DNA of 64,000 bases from an uncultured Nitrososphaerota archaeon (GTDB lineage Archaea > Thermoproteota > Nitrososphaeria > Nitrososphaerales > Nitrosopumilaceae), in contig OY969559.1 of NCBI GenBank assembly GCA_963701075.1, forward strand, positions 1,696,001 to 1,760,000, in the 5' to 3' direction. The position numbers were made by a program, and so were the translations under genes. Of this stretch, positions 60,405 through 64,000 are shown piece after piece. The notes beneath the pieces were generated by a model that did no database searches, had not been told where the DNA came from, and saw nothing but the letters and a program-made list of their open reading frames with translations. Each line of letters starts with the position of its first letter. The first letter of the stretch is position 1.

Positions 60405-61458
60405 ATGAGAATAGGGGTAATAGGGGCATCAGGATATGTTGGAGGAGAGATCCTAAGGTTACTTGTTAGTCACCCAAAGGTTGAGATCACAACAGTCACT
60501 TCAAGACAGCATGTTGGCGAATACATCTCAAGGGTCCAGCCAAGCCTCAAGGGATTCACTGATCTAACTTTTTCAGAACTAAATTATGACAAGTTGTCAG
60601 ACAAGTGCGACTTGGTATTTACTTCGGTACCACATGGTACGGCAGTTGAGATTGTAAAAGAGTTGTATGACAGAGGAATGAAAGTAATTGATCTGAGTGC
60701 AGACTATAGGTTGCACAATGCCCCAGACTATGACAAGTGGTATGGTTGGAACCATCCACACCCAGACTATCTTCCAAAGTCAGTATTTGGAGTTCCAGAA
60801 CTTCACAGAGAAGAGATCAAAAAGGCACAGCTGGTATCATGTCCTGGGTGCATGGCAGTTACGTCAATTCTTGCATTGTACCCACTAGTAAAGAAAGGAA
60901 TCATAGATACAGAGCATATCATAGTGGATTCCAAGATTGGATCTTCAGGAGCAGGAGCAGGTTCTGAGGCAGGAACTCACCATGCAATGAGGTCTGGTGT
61001 TGTCAGACCATACAAGCCAGCAAAGCACAGACATACGGGCGAGATTGAGCAAGAGCTGAAGTCAAGCAGCTGGAATGAAGATCAAGATATCAATGAGTCC
61101 ACATGCAGTAGACATTGTAAGAGGAATTTTGTGCACAAACCACACATTTCTCACAAAACCAGTAACAGAGATGGACATTTGGAAGATATACCGTGAGCAA
61201 TATCAAAATGAGAGATTCATCAGGCTAATTCGCGACAAGAAAGGATTCTACAAGTTTCCTGATCCAAAGTTTGTGGTAGGCTCAAACTTTTGCGATGTAG
61301 GGTTTGACATTGATGAAGACAACAACAGGCTAGTGGTATTATCAGCATCAGACAACCTAATGAAGGGTGCAGCAGGTTCTGCCATACAAAACATGAATGT
61401 AATGTCAGGATTCAACGAGATGGATGGCCTGGCATATTCTCCGCTAACTCCTGTGTAA
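60405..61458 (+). CDS. argC: LysW-gamma-glutamyl/aminoadipyl-phosphate reductase (ArgC/LysY), 1-nt insertion at 61058
   Basis: GASGY.GGE, DLSADYR, PGC, GSSGAG, HRH..EI; removing G61058 restores QELSQAAGMKI...DNL.KGAAG.A.QNMN. Confidence 0.9.
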
Positions 61459-61462
61459 AAAT

Positions 61463-62263
61463 ATGATTACAATAAAAATAGGAGGAAGCGTGGTAGATGG
61501 TCTTCATCCTTCCACGATATCAGACTTGAAAAAAGTTTCAGAGCAGGAAAAAGTAATTCTTGTCCATGGCGGAGGAAAAGAAGTAACAAGGATTTCAGAA
61601 GCTCTTGGCAAAGAACAAAAATTCATAGTCTCACCTGGAGGCATCAAGAGCAGATACACTGACAAGGAGACTGCAGAAATTTTCACCATGGTAATGTCAG
61701 GAAAGATAAACAAGATGATTGTAGGAATGCTGCAAAAAAATGGAATCAATGCAGTGGGCCTTTCAGGCATTGATGGCAAGATAATCCAGGCGGAGAGAAA
61801 AAAGAAACTAATCGTCATGAATGAAAAAGGAAGAAAGATGGTAATTGATGGTGGATACACTGGAAAGATACGGGAGATCAACACTGGCCTCATCAAGGTA
61901 ATTTTGGACCAAGGATATGTCCCTGTAATCTCACCTATTGCCATAAGCGAAGAGTTTGACTTTCTAAACGTTGACGGTGACAGGGCAGCAGCATATGTTG
62001 CAGGCAAGATGCAGTCAGACAAGATTTTGTTTCTCACTAATGTTGATGGCCTCTTGATGGATGACAAGCTAGTAACGAAACTATCGCTTGCCGAAGCCAA
62101 GGCCATGCTTCCAAAGATAGGATTTGGTATGGAAAAGAAGATACTAGCTGCTACAGAAGCAATCGAGATGGGTGTAAAGCAGGCACTAGTTGCAAGCGGT
62201 CAGAGGGAAAACCCAATATCAAGAGCCATAGCTAACGACAACTGTACGGTGATATCAAAATGA
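61463..62263 (+). CDS. argB: LysW-glutamate/aminoadipate kinase (ArgB/LysZ)
   Basis: KIGGS, VHGGG, SRYTD, LNVDGDRAA, TNVDG, GM..K. Confidence 0.9.
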   Translation: MITIKIGGSVVDGLHPSTISDLKKVSEQEKVILVHGGGKEVTRISEALGKEQKFIVSPGGIKSRYTDKETAEIFTMVMSGKINKMIVGMLQKNGINAVGLSGIDGKIIQAERKKKLIVMNEKGRKMVIDGGYTGKIREINTGLIKVILDQGYVPVISPIAISEEFDFLNVDGDRAAAYVAGKMQSDKILFLTNVDGLLMDDKLVTKLSLAEAKAMLPKIGFGMEKKILAATEAIEMGVKQALVASGQRENPISRAIANDNCTVISK

Positions 62264-63435
62264 CAGAAGATCAATTCATGGGAAACATTTACCAGAGGTT
62301 TCCTGTAACAATAGAGCGAGGACTTGGGGCCCATGTATGGGACCTGGACGGAAAAGAGTACATCGATTGCATGGGAGGATATGGTGTTGCACTTGTCGGC
62401 CACTGCAATCCTCGCGTAGTAAAGGCGCTAAAGGCACAGCTTGACAAAATAATTACTGTTCACAGTTCACTTTACAACAAGACACGAGAAGAGTTTCTTG
62501 AAAAACTCATCAAGATTTCACCGCCAAGTCTTAGTCAGGTATATCTTAACAACAGTGGCACAGAGGCAATAGAAGCTGCAATAAAATTTGCTCGCAAGTT
62601 CACAGGCAAAAAAGGAATGATTGCAATGAATGGCTCTTACCACGGCAAGTCATTTGGCTCACTATCAATTACATTTAATCCAAAATACCGCAAGGCCTTT
62701 GAGCCACTCCTAAGTAACGTTTCCTTTACACCATTTGGCGATATAGAGGCGCTAAAATCTGCAATAACTCCTGACACTGGATTTATCATACTAGAGCCAA
62801 TCCAGGGAGAGAGTGGAATTCATGTGGTACCAGATGGTTTTCTGCAAGAAGTAAGAAAGATTTGCAATGAGCGAGGAATTGTTTTGATATTTGACGAGAT
62901 CCAATCAGGCCTTGGAAGGACTGGCAAGATGTGGGCAAGCCAGCACTGGGATACAGCACCTGATATAATGTGCCTTGCAAAGGGAATTGCAGGAGGCGTG
63001 CCAATGGGTGCAACTCTTGTAAGACCAGACATTCTTGCATGCATTGGAAAAGGCGAACAGTCATCAACATTTGGCGGCAACCCGCTTTCATGTGCTGCAG
63101 GGATTGCTGCAATTGATGCCTTGACAGAAGATGGGTTGGTTGAAAACGCTACCAAGATGGGAAAAGTCTTCCGCGAAGGACTGGAAAGACTAAAAGAAAA
63201 ACACAAAATAATTCGCGAAATACGAGGCAAGGGACTCATGATTGGAGTCGAGATGAAGTTTGAAGTAAAAGACATCCTGTTTGATGGAATTGCAAATAAT
63301 TTGCTGCTGCTTTATTCCGGAAAAAACATACTAAGGCTGTTGCCTCCTCTTGTGATTTCAGAGTCTGACATAAACAAAGCTTTAGAAACTCTTGATCTCA
63401 TACTAACAAAAGAGGTACAAAGAAGAAATGTCTAG
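62260..63435 (+). CDS. argD: Class III aminotransferase (ArgD/LysJ)
   Basis: NSGTEA.EAA.K, YHG, EPIQGESG, DEIQSGLGRTG, AKG.AGG, TFGGNPL. Confidence 0.92.
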   Translation: MTEDQFMGNIYQRFPVTIERGLGAHVWDLDGKEYIDCMGGYGVALVGHCNPRVVKALKAQLDKIITVHSSLYNKTREEFLEKLIKISPPSLSQVYLNNSGTEAIEAAIKFARKFTGKKGMIAMNGSYHGKSFGSLSITFNPKYRKAFEPLLSNVSFTPFGDIEALKSAITPDTGFIILEPIQGESGIHVVPDGFLQEVRKICNERGIVLIFDEIQSGLGRTGKMWASQHWDTAPDIMCLAKGIAGGVPMGATLVRPDILACIGKGEQSSTFGGNPLSCAAGIAAIDALTEDGLVENATKMGKVFREGLERLKEKHKIIREIRGKGLMIGVEMKFEVKDILFDGIANNLLLLYSGKNILRLLPPLVISESDINKALETLDLILTKEVQRRNV

Positions 63436-63847
63436 AGACAAGATAGACGAGACAATAATTGAGATGCTAAAGAAGGACTCTAGACAATCTTTTGTAGAGA
63501 TTGGCGAAAAGCTTGGGCTCTCAGAATCCGCGGTTAGAAGAAGAGTGAAAAACCTACTTGACGGTGGTACGATAAAAAAATTCACAATAGAGACTGGCGA
63601 TAGCAATTCAACTAGCGCAATAATTCTGATATCTGTTGATTCTTCAACTGATACGTCAAAGGTTTCAGCACGACTCTCAAAACTTCAAGGAGTTCATACA
63701 GTCTACGAGATAACTGGCCAGTACGATATTGCCACAGTCATAAGGGCGCCTAACATCACAGAGATCAATGCATGCATAGATGCACTGCGTAAGGTTCCCG
63801 GTGTTTTTGACACAAATACTGTCATTATACTGAGAACCGTATCATAA
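63428..63847 (+). CDS. lysM: Lrp/AsnC regulator LysM
   Basis: HTH SESAVRRRV, YEITG.YD; position at the end of the LysW cluster. Confidence 0.8.
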   Translation: MSRDKIDETIIEMLKKDSRQSFVEIGEKLGLSESAVRRRVKNLLDGGTIKKFTIETGDSNSTSAIILISVDSSTDTSKVSARLSKLQGVHTVYEITGQYDIATVIRAPNITEINACIDALRKVPGVFDTNTVIILRTVS

Positions 63848-63936
63848 AACGAAGTTCGGCTCTAAATTTGAATCATTAACGAAAACCGTTGCAAAAGCTA
63901 CAAAACTAGCCGAAATCTGTACGAATATACTTATAT
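63847..63936 (+). promoter_or_regulatory. Three CG-N5-(C/T)G boxes spaced 30-31 bp apart, followed by a TATA box
   Basis: aaacgaagttcggct (63847), taacgaaaaccgttg (63877), agccgaaatctgtac (63908), then cttatat at 63930-63936. Confidence 0.5.
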
Positions 63937-63963
63937 TTCCAAAATTTTGATACTAGATCAGTA

Positions 63964-64000
63964 ATGGACGATCCGAATTATTATGCATACAAGTATAACG
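63964..64000 (+). CDS. 5' end of the next gene (MDDPNYYAYKYN...); homocitrate synthase-like from context only
   Basis: ATG about 28 nt after the TATA box; only 12 codons visible. Confidence 0.4.
   Translation, partial: MDDPNYYAYKYN

Noticed and set aside
393-61058. Programmed +1 frameshifting (prfB-like CTGA) as the cause of the AGCTGA lesions
   Set aside because: The TGA is not in frame in these genes, codon phase varies, and in serA the motif is on the non-coding strand.
1-64000. CRISPR array, tRNA or rRNA genes
   Set aside because: No regularly spaced repeat-spacer units or cloverleafs seen. T-arm-like strings near 7460-7480 and 11120-11140 lack the rest of a tRNA.

Overview
Archaeal DNA from an ammonia-oxidising thaumarchaeon (Nitrososphaerota). 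Nitrosotalea-like is my inference from gene content: AOA-type nirK, PEFG-CTERM proteins, LysW pathway, split MetH, degenerate FtsZ, and acid/metal-homeostasis transporters. Roughly 1-20 kb is an accessory/stress island: DUF302-rhodanese-nitroreductase, a TnpB element, NRAMP, USP, DpsL-Rieske, a CAP protein, a P3A H+-ATPase and many small ORFs. Roughly 20-64 kb is mostly housekeeping: a tubulin-like gene, Na+/H+ antiporter, M1 peptidase, truD, rpl15e, serA, nirK, fumarase-family lyase, a tRNA methylthiotransferase, FtsZ-like gene, rpl39e/rpl31e, metH (two parts), a metF-like gene, a sulfonate/nitrate-type ABC transporter and the argG-lysW-argX-argC-argB-argD-lysM cluster. One intact IS5-family element interrupts a surface-protein gene. 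Main observations: (1) a transposase-less TnpB element bounded by about 24-bp terminal inverted repeats that resemble IS6-family ends; (2) a eukaryote-like tubulin (artubulin-type); (3) a 24-codon leader ORF with an SD-sequestering hairpin upstream of the ABC operon; (4) most frameshifts fall at AGCT (six are AGCTA read as AGCTGA), probably long-read miscalls at a methylated motif rather than real pseudogenes; (5) a small repeated motif just downstream of four island genes. I found no rRNA, tRNA or CRISPR array. All calls are by eye; no database searches were run.
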